From positions 22,224-86,223 of the IMG/VR virus record IMGVR_UViG_3300022468_000772: a stretch of 64,000 nt of DNA; one strand, given 5' to 3'. This document shows positions 48,347 to 57,736 of the stretch, piece after piece (the first letter of the stretch is position 1; the number at the start of each line of letters is the position of its first letter). The stretch is from a virus. Lineage: Duplodnaviria > Heunggongvirae > Uroviricota > Caudoviricetes. The position numbers were made by a program, and so were the translations under genes. Under the pieces are notes generated by a model that made no database searches, was not told where the DNA came from, and saw only the letters and a program-made list of their open reading frames with translations.

Positions 48347-48501
48347 CTATATTATTAGGAAACAGTATGGCATTGCTAGAGTTTTGTTTTGCAATCTATC
48401 TAATTTTCAATGATCATCCAGTCATTGGAATAATTTTGTTGCTTGATTCTGTTTCACGTACATCTTAGTGCTATAATCATTGAAATACAAAAGAGGTAGC
48501 T

Positions 48502-49116
48502 ATGCCAACATTCCGCGAAAAAATGATTGATGCAGTTCAGACACAGGAGGGATTTGATGTAAATCCTGACGATTTCTTTTTTGAAACTGGTATTGGTGGA
48601 ACTGACATCGATTATGAAAAGTTTGATGCGCGGTTTAAGAAATATCCAGTTTATACATGGGTGTGTACCGACACTTCTGTTGGCATCTATGCCATTACAC
48701 TCGATGGTGTACTCGTCGCATACACAACACAAAATGCCCGTAAAAACCCTGTAAACGTTTACTACTTTTCAAAGCTCATACAAGATTTGGTTGTTAAGGC
48801 GGTTTGCGAATGTGAACTTAACTGTGAATCTGAAAAGAATTATAGTCTGGTTGATGAATCAATTCTTGATTCTGACTATGACAAGATCAACGCTTTTGAA
48901 AATCGCATGTTGGTAACTGAGTTCCCTGCATTGGTTTCCATGGGTCTGACTATTGAACAAAATGAAAACAAATTTATTGTGTTGAAAGACAGTGTTCGGA
49001 TAAACGATTTCTCTCATGAAAGTATGGATACTGTTGAACAATGCGCCAAGCATCATGTTAGTTATTCGTCTGATCCAGAATCTTTCATCAAACTATTTCT
49101 GTTGCCTGAAATGTAA
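48502..49116 (+). CDS. Hypothetical protein
   Basis: Repeat promoter-leader with GAGG RBS. Confidence 0.7.
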   Translation: MPTFREKMIDAVQTQEGFDVNPDDFFFETGIGGTDIDYEKFDARFKKYPVYTWVCTDTSVGIYAITLDGVLVAYTTQNARKNPVNVYYFSKLIQDLVVKAVCECELNCESEKNYSLVDESILDSDYDKINAFENRMLVTEFPALVSMGLTIEQNENKFIVLKDSVRINDFSHESMDTVEQCAKHHVSYSSDPESFIKLFLLPEM

Positions 49117-49121
49117 TTACT

Positions 49122-49198
49122 GCGACCATAGCTCAATTGGATAGAGTTACTGTCTTCTACACAGTCTGTTGGGGGTTCGAATCCCTCTGGTCGCACCA
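49122..49198 (+). tRNA. tRNA-Arg(TCT)
   Basis: Cloverleaf, loop CTTCTAC, CCA. Confidence 0.92.
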
Positions 49199-49210
49199 AT
49201 CAAAAATATT

Positions 49211-49540
49211 ATGACAAAACATCTGTATAGATTTGTTGATTCTGATTATGGAATTGATCCCATTATTGAGAAATTTCCAATCATCAAAGAAACCCCTTGC
49301 GCGTATTGGATTGACCGTTCATACAATGAGCCAAAACTTGTCTATAAAAATTCCACTCGTGGTTTTGCCAAGCAAACAATCGAAGAAGCTATGGAGAGCT
49401 ATTATCGAAGAAAATTGCGACAACTATCTATTTTGAATAGTCATGTTTCTCGTGTGGAGAGTATTCTTGAAGAAATCAAGACAAAAGAGCAGCGTGGCGA
49501 TATTGTCAATAAATCATTAGAAAGAGTCAAAGAATGGTAA
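49211..49540 (+). CDS. Hypothetical protein
   Basis: ORF track with corrected start. Confidence 0.6.
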   Translation: MTKHLYRFVDSDYGIDPIIEKFPIIKETPCAYWIDRSYNEPKLVYKNSTRGFAKQTIEEAMESYYRRKLRQLSILNSHVSRVESILEEIKTKEQRGDIVNKSLERVKEW

Positions 49541-49821
49541 GAATTCTTCATAGTTCATTTGCGGGTTCATACTATCAAGAGTGTACAATTGTTGATCATG
49601 TCAAGTTTGACCCTGTAAAACACGGAAGTGACTTGAATAAGGTTATGATTGCCTTCGGTTATAGTAAAGCAGAAGATCACCCACACTTCGATAAAGATGG
49701 TGTCATTGTTTCATATTATGATGATGTTTTGGGTGAGTCTGTAGAACAATGGGTGGAGTTCAGTCGAATAGAAACCATGCGTGATGGGAGTGGTTTAGCT
49801 CGGTTTAACAAGGTGGATTGA
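49534..49821 (+). CDS. Hypothetical protein
   Basis: Overlapping operon ORF. Confidence 0.6.
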   Translation: MVRILHSSFAGSYYQECTIVDHVKFDPVKHGSDLNKVMIAFGYSKAEDHPHFDKDGVIVSYYDDVLGESVEQWVEFSRIETMRDGSGLARFNKVD

Positions 49822-49823
49822 AA

Positions 49824-50165
49824 ATGAGTAATCTGAAACTGTATATCGCGGTTCTAGACGAGTTTCCAGACTATATGACACCTACCCTAGTGGCACATGC
49901 TGTTCTCGCTGCAGATCGCGAATTTGTAGGAACCAAACTGTATGAACAATGGTTTGCTGATTCATTTAAGAAAGTTGTTGTTCGGGTCAACCAAAAAGAG
50001 TTTGACAAGATTAGTCAACTATTTGGTGTGCATCTGGCGCACGAAAACAAGACACTTGGCGGTAAGAAAGCATGTGCTGTTGTATGCCCTCGCGAAGATG
50101 TGCCCAATGTATTGAAATTTGCTAAGACTTGGAAACCACTTCCGGCATCTAGTGAGGTCAGCTAA
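49824..50165 (+). CDS. Peptidyl-tRNA hydrolase 2 (PTH2)-like protein
   Basis: KLYIAV...VAHA...W...SFKKVV.RV pattern matches the PTH2 fold signature. Confidence 0.55.
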   Translation: MSNLKLYIAVLDEFPDYMTPTLVAHAVLAADREFVGTKLYEQWFADSFKKVVVRVNQKEFDKISQLFGVHLAHENKTLGGKKACAVVCPREDVPNVLKFAKTWKPLPASSEVS

Positions 50166-50246
50166 AGGTTAAGCTGTTGCCCTCGATATCAGAAAAAGGC
50201 GTCACTGATTGGCAACAAATTTTTGGTTCGATTCCAAAATCTCATA
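50152..50246 (+). tRNA. tRNA-like gene with ~22-nt hairpin insert in anticodon loop
   Basis: GTGAGGT/ATCTCAT, D arm GCT/AGC, GTTGCC/GGCAAC around 29-nt loop, T arm. Confidence 0.5.
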
Positions 50247-50291
50247 CAAACCGTGTTATAATTCAGTCATCGAAATTCAAAAGGTGGTCTT

Positions 50292-50510
50292 ATGAAAAAT
50301 ACAAAATACTTTTGGAAAGAAGTTCCACTCAAAGCTGATATTGAGCGGCACCGTAAACAAGAAAAAGAAATTCAAGATAAGATTGACTTGCTTGAGTCGA
50401 TTGTTGAACCAACAGAAATGCAATTGAGAACACTTGCTACATATCGAAATTTTATGTATCAACTGCAACTGTCTAAAGCAGAAGTTGTTTCTAAGATTGG
50501 TAAGAAATGA
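50292..50510 (+). CDS. Hypothetical coiled-coil protein
   Basis: Behind 38-bp promoter repeat. Confidence 0.65.
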   Translation: MKNTKYFWKEVPLKADIERHRKQEKEIQDKIDLLESIVEPTEMQLRTLATYRNFMYQLQLSKAEVVSKIGKK

Positions 50511-50863
50511 CACCACTGAATAAATCTTTTATTGGTGCCGCGAACACCAAACGTGCAAGTCTAAACGCTATCTTGATTCGCTCAAAAATTGACAAAATTG
50601 TCTATCCATCGTTCCATTTAGTGGAACGTATGGTTGAGCGAAATATTGATGTTGTCGATGTTGCACGGATGACTGTGCCAATTGTCAAATACTTTCGAGA
50701 AACCACATTCAACGACAGAAGCTGTTTAGTTCTGTGGCGCGACCTGAAGCTGGCGGCTGACATTCGGATTGGAACCGTTACTGGTAAACGTTCGATTATT
50801 TTGAAAACCATTGTTGATGATGTTTCTCGAAAAACTTTTGATGAAACGTTCAAAATCGAATAA
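50507..50863 (+). CDS. Hypothetical, possible DUF4258/BECR-like fold
   Basis: SFHLVERMVERNI motif. Confidence 0.45.
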   Translation: MTPLNKSFIGAANTKRASLNAILIRSKIDKIVYPSFHLVERMVERNIDVVDVARMTVPIVKYFRETTFNDRSCLVLWRDLKLAADIRIGTVTGKRSIILKTIVDDVSRKTFDETFKIE

Positions 50864-50907
50864 AACCGTGTTATAATTCAGTCATCGAAATTCAAAAGGT
50901 AAACAAA

Positions 50908-51144
50908 ATGACTACATTCATCACTTCTTACAGCCAGTTGAACAATGGTGATCGTATTTCTTATGAATCTAATTGTGGTACACTAACTGCCACTGTGAGT
51001 CACATTCGAATCGGTAAGAATGGTCTTGGTAAGATGGTTCCATTTTTGGGCCTGAATGTTGATGCAAAGAATGGTCGCAAGGCACATCGGCTTGAATTGC
51101 TTGGTGGTAATTCTTTGCCTATGTACAGAATTCAGAAACTGTGA
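50908..51144 (+). CDS. Hypothetical protein
   Basis: Behind 38-bp promoter repeat. Confidence 0.65.
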   Translation: MTTFITSYSQLNNGDRISYESNCGTLTATVSHIRIGKNGLGKMVPFLGLNVDAKNGRKAHRLELLGGNSLPMYRIQKL

Positions 51145-51159
51145 TAGAATAAAGAAAAC

Positions 51160-51235
51160 GCACCAAGTCATCTAGAGGCAAGGATACGTACCCGTCTTGT
51201 GGTCGCAACGTAGGTTCGAATCCTACCTTGGTGCA
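51160..51235 (+). pseudogene. Degenerate tRNA-Asp(GTC)-like gene
   Basis: GCACCAAG/CTTGGTGC, Asp/Glu-type D arm and T arm; anticodon stem poorly paired; no CCA. Confidence 0.5.
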
Positions 51236-51267
51236 TTTAACAAATTGATAATGAAAAGGAAAATATT

Positions 51268-51915
51268 ATGAGCGAAAAACAATTGATCAGTGTGACACGT
51301 GCTTTGGCTTTGTTGAAGCAAACCGACGAGCGTATTCAGCGCGCAATGAGCGACAAGTTCATTGATGTGTCTGTTGGTAAGGGTAAGAACCGCCGTGTTC
51401 AGCGTGGCGGTAGCGATACAGTTGATGTGGTCGAAAAGAACATTCAGTCTGCTATCGACTCCGTGCGTGATTTGCTGTCTCGCCGTGCAGCTATCAAGGC
51501 AGCTATCGTTGCTTCGAACGCAAAGACTGGCCTGACTGTTGCCGGTGAATATGTGACTGTGGCAGAAGCTATCGAAATGAAGCGTTCTGTTGAGTTCAAG
51601 CGTCAACTGGTTAACGCCATGAAGACACAGTATCTTCAGGCTAACAATACAGTTGCTACTCTGAATGTGAAGGTGGAAGCAAGTATTGATGCTATCATCA
51701 ATACCATGATGGCTTCTGATAAATCTACAAAGGTCGATCCTTCGGTTTTGGCTGCGATTGGTGAACCCCAACGCAATCAAAGTGAAGCAGCTTTGATTGA
51801 TCCTGCAAATCTGTCTACCTTCATCAAGAAGTTGGAAGACGAGATTTCCGAGATTGACACCGAACTGGATTTCTTGTTGAGTGAAATCAACGCGAAGACA
51901 CATATTCTGGTATAA
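51268..51915 (+). CDS. Coiled-coil protein, DIP1984-like
   Basis: RALALLKQ.DERI, AAI.ASNA.T, TVAEAI, LSEINA.T pattern; AAGGA RBS. Confidence 0.6.
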   Translation: MSEKQLISVTRALALLKQTDERIQRAMSDKFIDVSVGKGKNRRVQRGGSDTVDVVEKNIQSAIDSVRDLLSRRAAIKAAIVASNAKTGLTVAGEYVTVAEAIEMKRSVEFKRQLVNAMKTQYLQANNTVATLNVKVEASIDAIINTMMASDKSTKVDPSVLAAIGEPQRNQSEAALIDPANLSTFIKKLEDEISEIDTELDFLLSEINAKTHILV

Positions 51916-51919
51916 ATAA

Positions 51920-52185
51920 CATTTCAACGTCCTAGGTGAACAGTCTAAGATGACCTTTCGAGCAGAGAGAATCAAAACATCTGCAACTTTGCTTAAAAAG
52001 TACAAATTAAATCTGGAACTTCAAAATTCAAAGATCAAAGTTTATGCTTCAAAGTTTAAGTTTTAAGTTTTAGAATATCATGTTTTAAAATTGAAAGTTA
52101 AAAGGTCTTCAAATCCTGATCAACGGTTTTATGGTGCTGGAGTCGCACCTAGATTGTACCGCAGGCTGCTTAGTGGGGTTGAAAT
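51920..52185 (+). ncRNA. ~265-nt structured RNA with central 7-nt periodic tract
   Basis: Terminal stem ATTTCAAC/GTTGAAAT, inner CTAGGTG/CACCTAG; TATAAATA at 51911. Confidence 0.6.
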
Positions 52186-52186
52186 T

Positions 52187-52271
52187 GGGAGAGTGGCGGA
52201 ATAGGTAGACGCGCCGGTTTAAGAAGCCGGTACCGTAAGGTGTGCAGGTTCGATTCCTGTCTCTCCCACCA
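52187..52271 (+). tRNA. tRNA-Leu(AAG)
   Basis: GGGAGAG/CTCTCCC, loop TTAAGAA, variable arm, A73, CCA. Confidence 0.88.
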
Positions 52272-52278
52272 AATTTAT

Positions 52279-52351
52279 GCGGGTAAGCTAGAGGTTAGTC
52301 GCCAGCCTTCCAAGCTGTGCAGAGTGGAGTTCGATTCTCCCTACCCGCTCA
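52279..52351 (+). tRNA. tRNA-Gly(TCC), incomplete CCA
   Basis: GCGGGTA/TACCCGC, loop CTTCCAA, ends TCA. Confidence 0.8.
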
Positions 52352-52736
52352 TGATTATAATAATCAGACATCGAAAATACAAAAGAGGTAATTATGGCAA
52401 ACCATGGATTCAAATTATGTGGTAATTTTCCATACAAATTTATGGCATATTCACCATCCGACCCTTCCAAAATGGGATTGGGTTTCACTGATATGTTATC
52501 TGCTCAGAGACACTGTAACAAATGAACAGTCTTATTGAAACTGAGCCGGAAATATTTGATGTGCAGCATTGGGGTACTGATAAACCAGAAAAGTGGATTG
52601 CAGAACAATTACCGTGAATAAGAGTTCGCATAGCACGATATGGTGATTATGCGAAAAGTTCCTCAAAAATTCATGTAGAACTGGCAAAATCTATGTTATA
52701 ATTCATTCATCAAAAACACAAACGAGGTAACGAATT

Positions 52737-53108
52737 ATGGCCTACATGTCTCAACAACAAAAAGCTGCTATGTCTCCCGCTATCAAGGCTGTGCTGAAGA
52801 AGTACAATATGAAGGGTACTATTGCAGTTCAACATAAGTCTACTCTTGTTGTGAATATCAAATCCGGTAAACTAGATGTGATGGGTGAAACAACAGGTTG
52901 CCAAGGTCGCAAATATATTAGCATCAACCCTTACTACCTGAAAAATAATCATCAAGGTGACACATACTTCTTTTTGAAAGAGTTGATTGCTGTTATGAAT
53001 GATGGTAACTACGACAACAGTGATGTCCAGACAGACTATTTTGACACTGGTTGGTATGTTTCTGTTAACATCGGCTCTTGGGACAAACCTTACACTGTGG
53101 TGGCTTGA
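52737..53108 (+). CDS. Phage hypothetical protein
   Basis: Promoter-leader repeat; DNSD.QTDYFD.GWY. Confidence 0.75.
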   Translation: MAYMSQQQKAAMSPAIKAVLKKYNMKGTIAVQHKSTLVVNIKSGKLDVMGETTGCQGRKYISINPYYLKNNHQGDTYFFLKELIAVMNDGNYDNSDVQTDYFDTGWYVSVNIGSWDKPYTVVA

Positions 53109-53110
53109 TC

Positions 53111-53281
53111 ATGGCAAATCAGTACAAATCCAAAACAGAAGCTGAACTGAGGTTCATCATCAAAGATGCTGGTGAAGCAGCTAAGTGTATGCGGGATATC
53201 AATCCTGCTGCAGAAGCAAAATATCTTGATCAGGTGAATGACGCCTGTAGTGAACTTTATCGTAGAAAGAACAAGAAATGA
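53111..53281 (+). CDS. Hypothetical protein
   Basis: Coupled ORF. Confidence 0.6.
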   Translation: MANQYKSKTEAELRFIIKDAGEAAKCMRDINPAAEAKYLDQVNDACSELYRRKNKK

Positions 53282-53601
53282 TTAGTGCAAAAGAAGCCAA
53301 AGAACTATACGACAACTCTGGTGCTGAAGTTGAGGATTTTCTGGCAAAAACTGTCGAGCCTGCGGTTATTAAAGCAGCCAGGGGTGGTAAGCGACAAGCC
53401 ACTATTCATATTGGTTGTCAACGTGCCAGTATGCCTTATGAAATAAAGTCACTGGATAGTAATGTTCTCGCTAAATTGCGAAATCTTGGATATACTGCTG
53501 GAATTCAATGGATTGATGAAGAATATGTACCAAGAGGTCTGCAAGATGATAACGGTAAAGGTACACTCCATCGTAACTATGGCTATCTCATTAAGTGGTA
53601 A
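53278..53601 (+). CDS. Hypothetical protein
   Basis: ATGA overlap. Confidence 0.65.
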   Translation: MISAKEAKELYDNSGAEVEDFLAKTVEPAVIKAARGGKRQATIHIGCQRASMPYEIKSLDSNVLAKLRNLGYTAGIQWIDEEYVPRGLQDDNGKGTLHRNYGYLIKW

Positions 53602-53603
53602 TT

Positions 53604-54074
53604 ATGAAAGTTTTTAAATCTCCCCAAGATACAAGTAACGTAAAAGATAGTGATTTTTCTATCTTTTTGGCAGGCTCTATTGAAATGGGCGTTGCTGAAG
53701 ACTGGCAGACTCGACTCACTACCGCAATAGCTCTAGGTGGTATTGAAATTACCATTTTTAATCCTCGTCGCGATGATTGGGATTCGTCATGGGTTCAAAG
53801 TATTCATGACAAGCAGTTTAATCAGCAAGTGACATGGGAAATTGATCATTTGCTACAATCATCATTTATCGTTTTTTACTTTGATCCAAACACTAAATCA
53901 CCTATCACTTTAATGGAGTTAGGATTGATAGCAGGCCAGTGTCGGGATGCTGTTGTTTGTTGTCCAGACGGTTTTTGGCGCAAAGGTAACGTGGAAATGA
54001 TTTGTGACCGTTTCAATATTCCTATGGTTGAAAGTTTGGAAGAGCTTATTCAGTATGTGAAGCAAATTGTATGA
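53604..54074 (+). CDS. Nucleoside 2-deoxyribosyltransferase-like protein
   Basis: IFLAGSI, DWQ, FNPRRDDW, QVTWE, SPITLMELG. Confidence 0.8.
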   Translation: MKVFKSPQDTSNVKDSDFSIFLAGSIEMGVAEDWQTRLTTAIALGGIEITIFNPRRDDWDSSWVQSIHDKQFNQQVTWEIDHLLQSSFIVFYFDPNTKSPITLMELGLIAGQCRDAVVCCPDGFWRKGNVEMICDRFNIPMVESLEELIQYVKQIV

Positions 54075-54862
54075 AATTTGTAATTCAACACAACCTTATC
54101 AATAAGCAATCACTCGAAAAGATTAGGAAGGCCACAGAGCATCTTCCTGTTGTTTGGGTAGGTGCTATACCATTCTCTGAAGAAATCGCTTCTAACGATG
54201 AACTGGAGGGTCTGGAGTACATTCCTTATGGCTCGAACCTTCTGGCGCGTGTAGCAGCTAAAAGAGGCTGGAAAGGTCTACATCATGATCTTACAAAGCT
54301 GAACTATCGCAACTTTGTTGAACATCGTGCCGATATGCTGAATTGTAATGTCATGTCTGCGGAGAGAGTTGTTGACTTTTTGGAAGTTGTCAATGGAATT
54401 CCATGGCCCAAAGAATATTTCATTCGGCCTAGTCTAGATGACAAGCAATTCTCCGGTACAGTCATGGAACCGAAAGAAATCATTGAGTGGTTTAAATCGA
54501 TGATGGAGAGTGGGCCGGGCAGCTACTACATGTCTCCAGAGACAGATATTGTTATTGCTCTACCAAAGAAAATTCAAGCCGAGTGGCGATGGTTCATTGT
54601 TGGTGGTAAGATTATTTCTGGCTCCATGTATCGTGCCCATGATCAGATGCAGTTGAAACAAGAAACCGACATCGAAGTCATTAAAGAAGCGCAAGCACTT
54701 GCAGACGTTTGGTTGCCATGCGATTGTGTCGTGATGGATACAGCCTTAGTTGATGACAAGGTTTATGTGTTGGAGTTTAACAACATTAACTCCAGTGGTT
54801 TTTATGAACACGATATTGGCGCGGTTTTTAACGCACTGTACGGATATCATACTAAACTGTGA
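54071..54862 (+). CDS. ATP-grasp domain protein (R2K/DUF4343-like)
   Basis: FIRP..DDKQFSG, EWRWFIVGG, VMD, VLEFN..NSSGFY. Confidence 0.75.
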   Translation: MKFVIQHNLINKQSLEKIRKATEHLPVVWVGAIPFSEEIASNDELEGLEYIPYGSNLLARVAAKRGWKGLHHDLTKLNYRNFVEHRADMLNCNVMSAERVVDFLEVVNGIPWPKEYFIRPSLDDKQFSGTVMEPKEIIEWFKSMMESGPGSYYMSPETDIVIALPKKIQAEWRWFIVGGKIISGSMYRAHDQMQLKQETDIEVIKEAQALADVWLPCDCVVMDTALVDDKVYVLEFNNINSSGFYEHDIGAVFNALYGYHTKL

Positions 54863-55106
54863 TACAATAATAGTTCGAAATCGAAAGGACAACATGACAT
54901 TTGAAGTGACACCATATGGATAACTCAAAAAAAGTACCCATGAAACCAGAATTCGAAAAATTCTGGAAAGAAGCCCATAAATCGGGAGGCATTATTCATA
55001 CTTTTGAGTTGAATAAGTTTGCTGAATTGGTTTGGGAAGCTGGATTTAAAGCTGGTGCAAAAGAAAAAAATAATAATGGCTAAAGCAATACGAATGGAGT
55101 TTGAAA

Positions 55107-55529
55107 ATGAGTAAAGAAGTAGAAAAATTGACCCCTATGCAAGAAGAGTTGTTGAGTCGCGCAGATAGCATTTTTGCTACTATGAAAGAAGCTGCTATGG
55201 CAGCTAAAGACTTTGCGATGGATCAATTGCCTGATATTGTTCATCAGTTGATCGTGTTCGAGCGTGTCTACTTGACATGTATTGTATTAGCTCCAATTAT
55301 TTTATTGCCACTATTCATCGCACTGTGGTTTAAAACAACAAAAATAGATGCTTACGAAAATGATGGTATTATAATTTTATTTGGTGCAGGTACCATAATG
55401 CTTGGTGTATCATCGTTTTTGGCATTTATATCTATGTTAGCCAATTTTAAATCGTTTCTGATGGTTTGGTTTGCTCCTAAGATTTATCTGATCCAGTATT
55501 TGACTGAACTGTTGAAGAAAGCGACTTGA
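55107..55529 (+). CDS. Membrane protein
   Basis: Two to three hydrophobic helices. Confidence 0.65.
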   Translation: MSKEVEKLTPMQEELLSRADSIFATMKEAAMAAKDFAMDQLPDIVHQLIVFERVYLTCIVLAPIILLPLFIALWFKTTKIDAYENDGIIILFGAGTIMLGVSSFLAFISMLANFKSFLMVWFAPKIYLIQYLTELLKKAT

Positions 55530-56290
55530 TATGACATTGCGTAAATTACGGAAACTTCGAAGCAATCGTGCTGGATGGAACCACTTTTTTATGCAGTCAT
55601 GTCAATTTTTAAGCGTCTTCGGTGTGGATGATAAACAAAAATATCCCATTTTGACAGTCGGGTGGCGAGAATTGAAAGACTTGTGATATAATACAGCTAT
55701 CGAAAACAAAAGGTAAAATTATGGCAAATTTAAAAATTGTTAAGACTTATGTAACAAACAGCAAAGGCACTATGAAAGTTGCTTGGAACGTGGTTGAAAA
55801 TGATGGTTTTGTTGTGGAAACATTCAGTCTGAAGCGCGATGCAGCAAAGTGGCTGAAAAATACAAAGTGAGTCAAACATGAAATACGATGGAACATTTGA
55901 AGATTTTGTCAATGAAGCACTCCGCGCTGCGTTTGATGGTTTGATCACCGGTGGAACAAAGGGTATGAAAACTGTCATCTACCAGTATATCAATATCGCT
56001 GTCCAACTTGGTCGTGACGGTTCTCAGTTCAAGACTCGGGATTGAGTATGAAAGCTATATATGGAATTTTGAATGCTATTTTTAGTATAATTTTAATAGC
56101 TGCTTTCTATACATTTACATTTTTCTGTTATGTATTGGAAGAAACAAAACGTACATACTATACTGTTTTTGGGATTCCCTATTACACATTCAATGATAAA
56201 ATGCATAATTACTACAAAAGAAAATGATATTTGTATGAAATCCGTGCTATAATAGCACAACAGCAATTAATGATCGAGTTGATTGCTGAT

Positions 56291-56734
56291 AAGTTCTTTA
56301 GAAATTACTGTTGGAGGTAGGCTTAGAAGTAGCCATTCTGATACAAGAAAGGTATTACCGAATTAAGTTAGGGTAAGGTTTCTCAAGGTCAGACGCAAGT
56401 TAGATGATTCTCATATGAGGATTCTCGTAGTCAACAAGGTAAGGAAAACTGACTGACTTGTGCCTTTAAAGAGTCGAACAATAGCATGATTGTGACATCT
56501 ACAATTCTTAGAAGGGCATCAATAAGAATTGGAATTCAAAAGTGTTTCTGGTGAATATGGGGAAGATCGGAAACATCAGCAAATCAACTTTCGCGGGTTG
56601 ATGAAGCAATGGGGTAGCGCCCCTGAGAATTGTTGCACATGGGCCACTTGGTTAAGTACAGAGGCACCCCAGAAATGGTAAGGCTGAAGTTTCGTTTGGT
56701 GTAGAAACGCACAACAGTAATTTCTAAAGAATTT
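56291..56734 (+). ncRNA. ~440-nt RNA with 23-bp terminal stalk and 23S rRNA L11-site-like segments
   Basis: GAGGTAGGCTTAGAAGTAGCCAT at 56314; TTTAAAGAGT at 56465; no ORF. Confidence 0.7.
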
Positions 56735-56758
56735 CAAAAACTGTGTTATAATAGCTAT

Positions 56759-57001
56759 ATGAAAATTTTTGAAGTACCAAAAAACGAAGCAGAAATCAAG
56801 CGTGGCTTGATTCTTATTGGAATTGAAGGTTCAGAGTTTGAAGTGGAATCGGTTACAAAACTGATTTCAAAATCATATCCTAGTACAAATTGTTCTGATG
56901 TGGGTGATAAAGAAGGTTATGTAATTGAATATTTTTGCATAAACCGTTCTGATAAGTCTCATTTTGTTAATCTTTACAAAACAGCAAAATCTGGTTTATA
57001 A
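56759..57001 (+). CDS. Hypothetical protein
   Basis: Promoter motif upstream. Confidence 0.55.
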   Translation: MKIFEVPKNEAEIKRGLILIGIEGSEFEVESVTKLISKSYPSTNCSDVGDKEGYVIEYFCINRSDKSHFVNLYKTAKSGL

Positions 57002-57077
57002 TAAGGTGAATATATGCAATTCTTATGAAAAGAGGAAGATAGTTTGACCGAAGCATTTAACAAAGGAACCTACTGAA

Positions 57078-57326
57078 ATGGAAAATTTCTATACAGTTTG
57101 GATTGTCGCCAGTGTCATCACTTTTGTTTTGTACATTTTTGATTATCGTCATCGTAGTAGCGTCACGGTAGGTGAAGTTTTTGCGCATATTCTTTTAACA
57201 GTGTTGCCGACATCCATCCTCGTTGTTGTGATTGTGGCTGTCGTCTATGTTTGGGAATCGGCACTCGGTGGGTTTTCAAGAATTAGTGATATTCTTGATC
57301 GTGAAATAAAATTGAAGGGTAAATAA
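57078..57326 (+). CDS. Small membrane protein
   Basis: Two hydrophobic helices. Confidence 0.6.
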   Translation: MENFYTVWIVASVITFVLYIFDYRHRSSVTVGEVFAHILLTVLPTSILVVVIVAVVYVWESALGGFSRISDILDREIKLKGK

Positions 57327-57365
57327 ATGACACGCTGTTAAAAGTGTGTTATAATTGAGAGATAC

Positions 57366-57451
57366 GGACAGGTGGGTGAGTGGTTAAAACCAGCAGACTG
57401 TAAATTTGCCGCCTAACGGCTACGTAGGTTCGAATCCTACCCTGTCCACCA
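57366..57451 (+). tRNA. tRNA-Tyr(GTA)
   Basis: Cloverleaf with variable arm, CCA. Confidence 0.92.
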
Positions 57452-57550
57452 AAAAGTTTAAGGAGTATAAAATGAACGAAGGTTCAGGATACGCATAAAT
57501 AGTTGACACTCTATAAAAGTGTGATAGAATTAAGTTTTAGAGTATTGTGT

Positions 57551-57636
57551 CTGGGATTAGCTCAGTCTGGTCAGAGCACCTGATTTGGATTCAGGAGGCG
57601 AAGTCGTATACGTAGGTTCGAATCCTACATCCCAGA
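57551..57636 (+). tRNA. tRNA-Pro(TGG) with long variable region and extended acceptor stalk, no CCA
   Basis: CTGGGAT/ATCCCAG, loop TTTGGAT; stem continues 10+ bp. Confidence 0.7.
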
Positions 57637-57736
57637 CACAATACTTTGAAGCGATTTCGGAATGAAATACTGAGTTCGAAATCTAACGGTTGTAAGTGAC
57701 GATGAAAAACGGAACTTCCATTTTAAAGTTCTTTGT

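Larger units (their letters stand above)
50248..50900 (+). repeat. Identical 38-bp promoter-leader direct repeat (50248-50285 and 50863-50900)
   Basis: AAACCGTGTTATAATTCAGTCATCGAAATTCAAAAGGT twice. Confidence 0.9.

Noticed and set aside
52019-52105. Short repeats as a CRISPR array
   Set aside because: Units are ~7 nt with no spacers and no cas genes; kept as an ncRNA feature instead
52394-52617. Two tiny ORFs (43 and 31 aa) that may be one gene missing an A
   Set aside because: The ATGA overlap is also normal translational coupling; cannot decide without homologs
56291-56734. True rRNA gene fragment or group I intron
   Set aside because: Similarity is limited to short L11-site segments; no group I P7/J8-7 core motifs recognised
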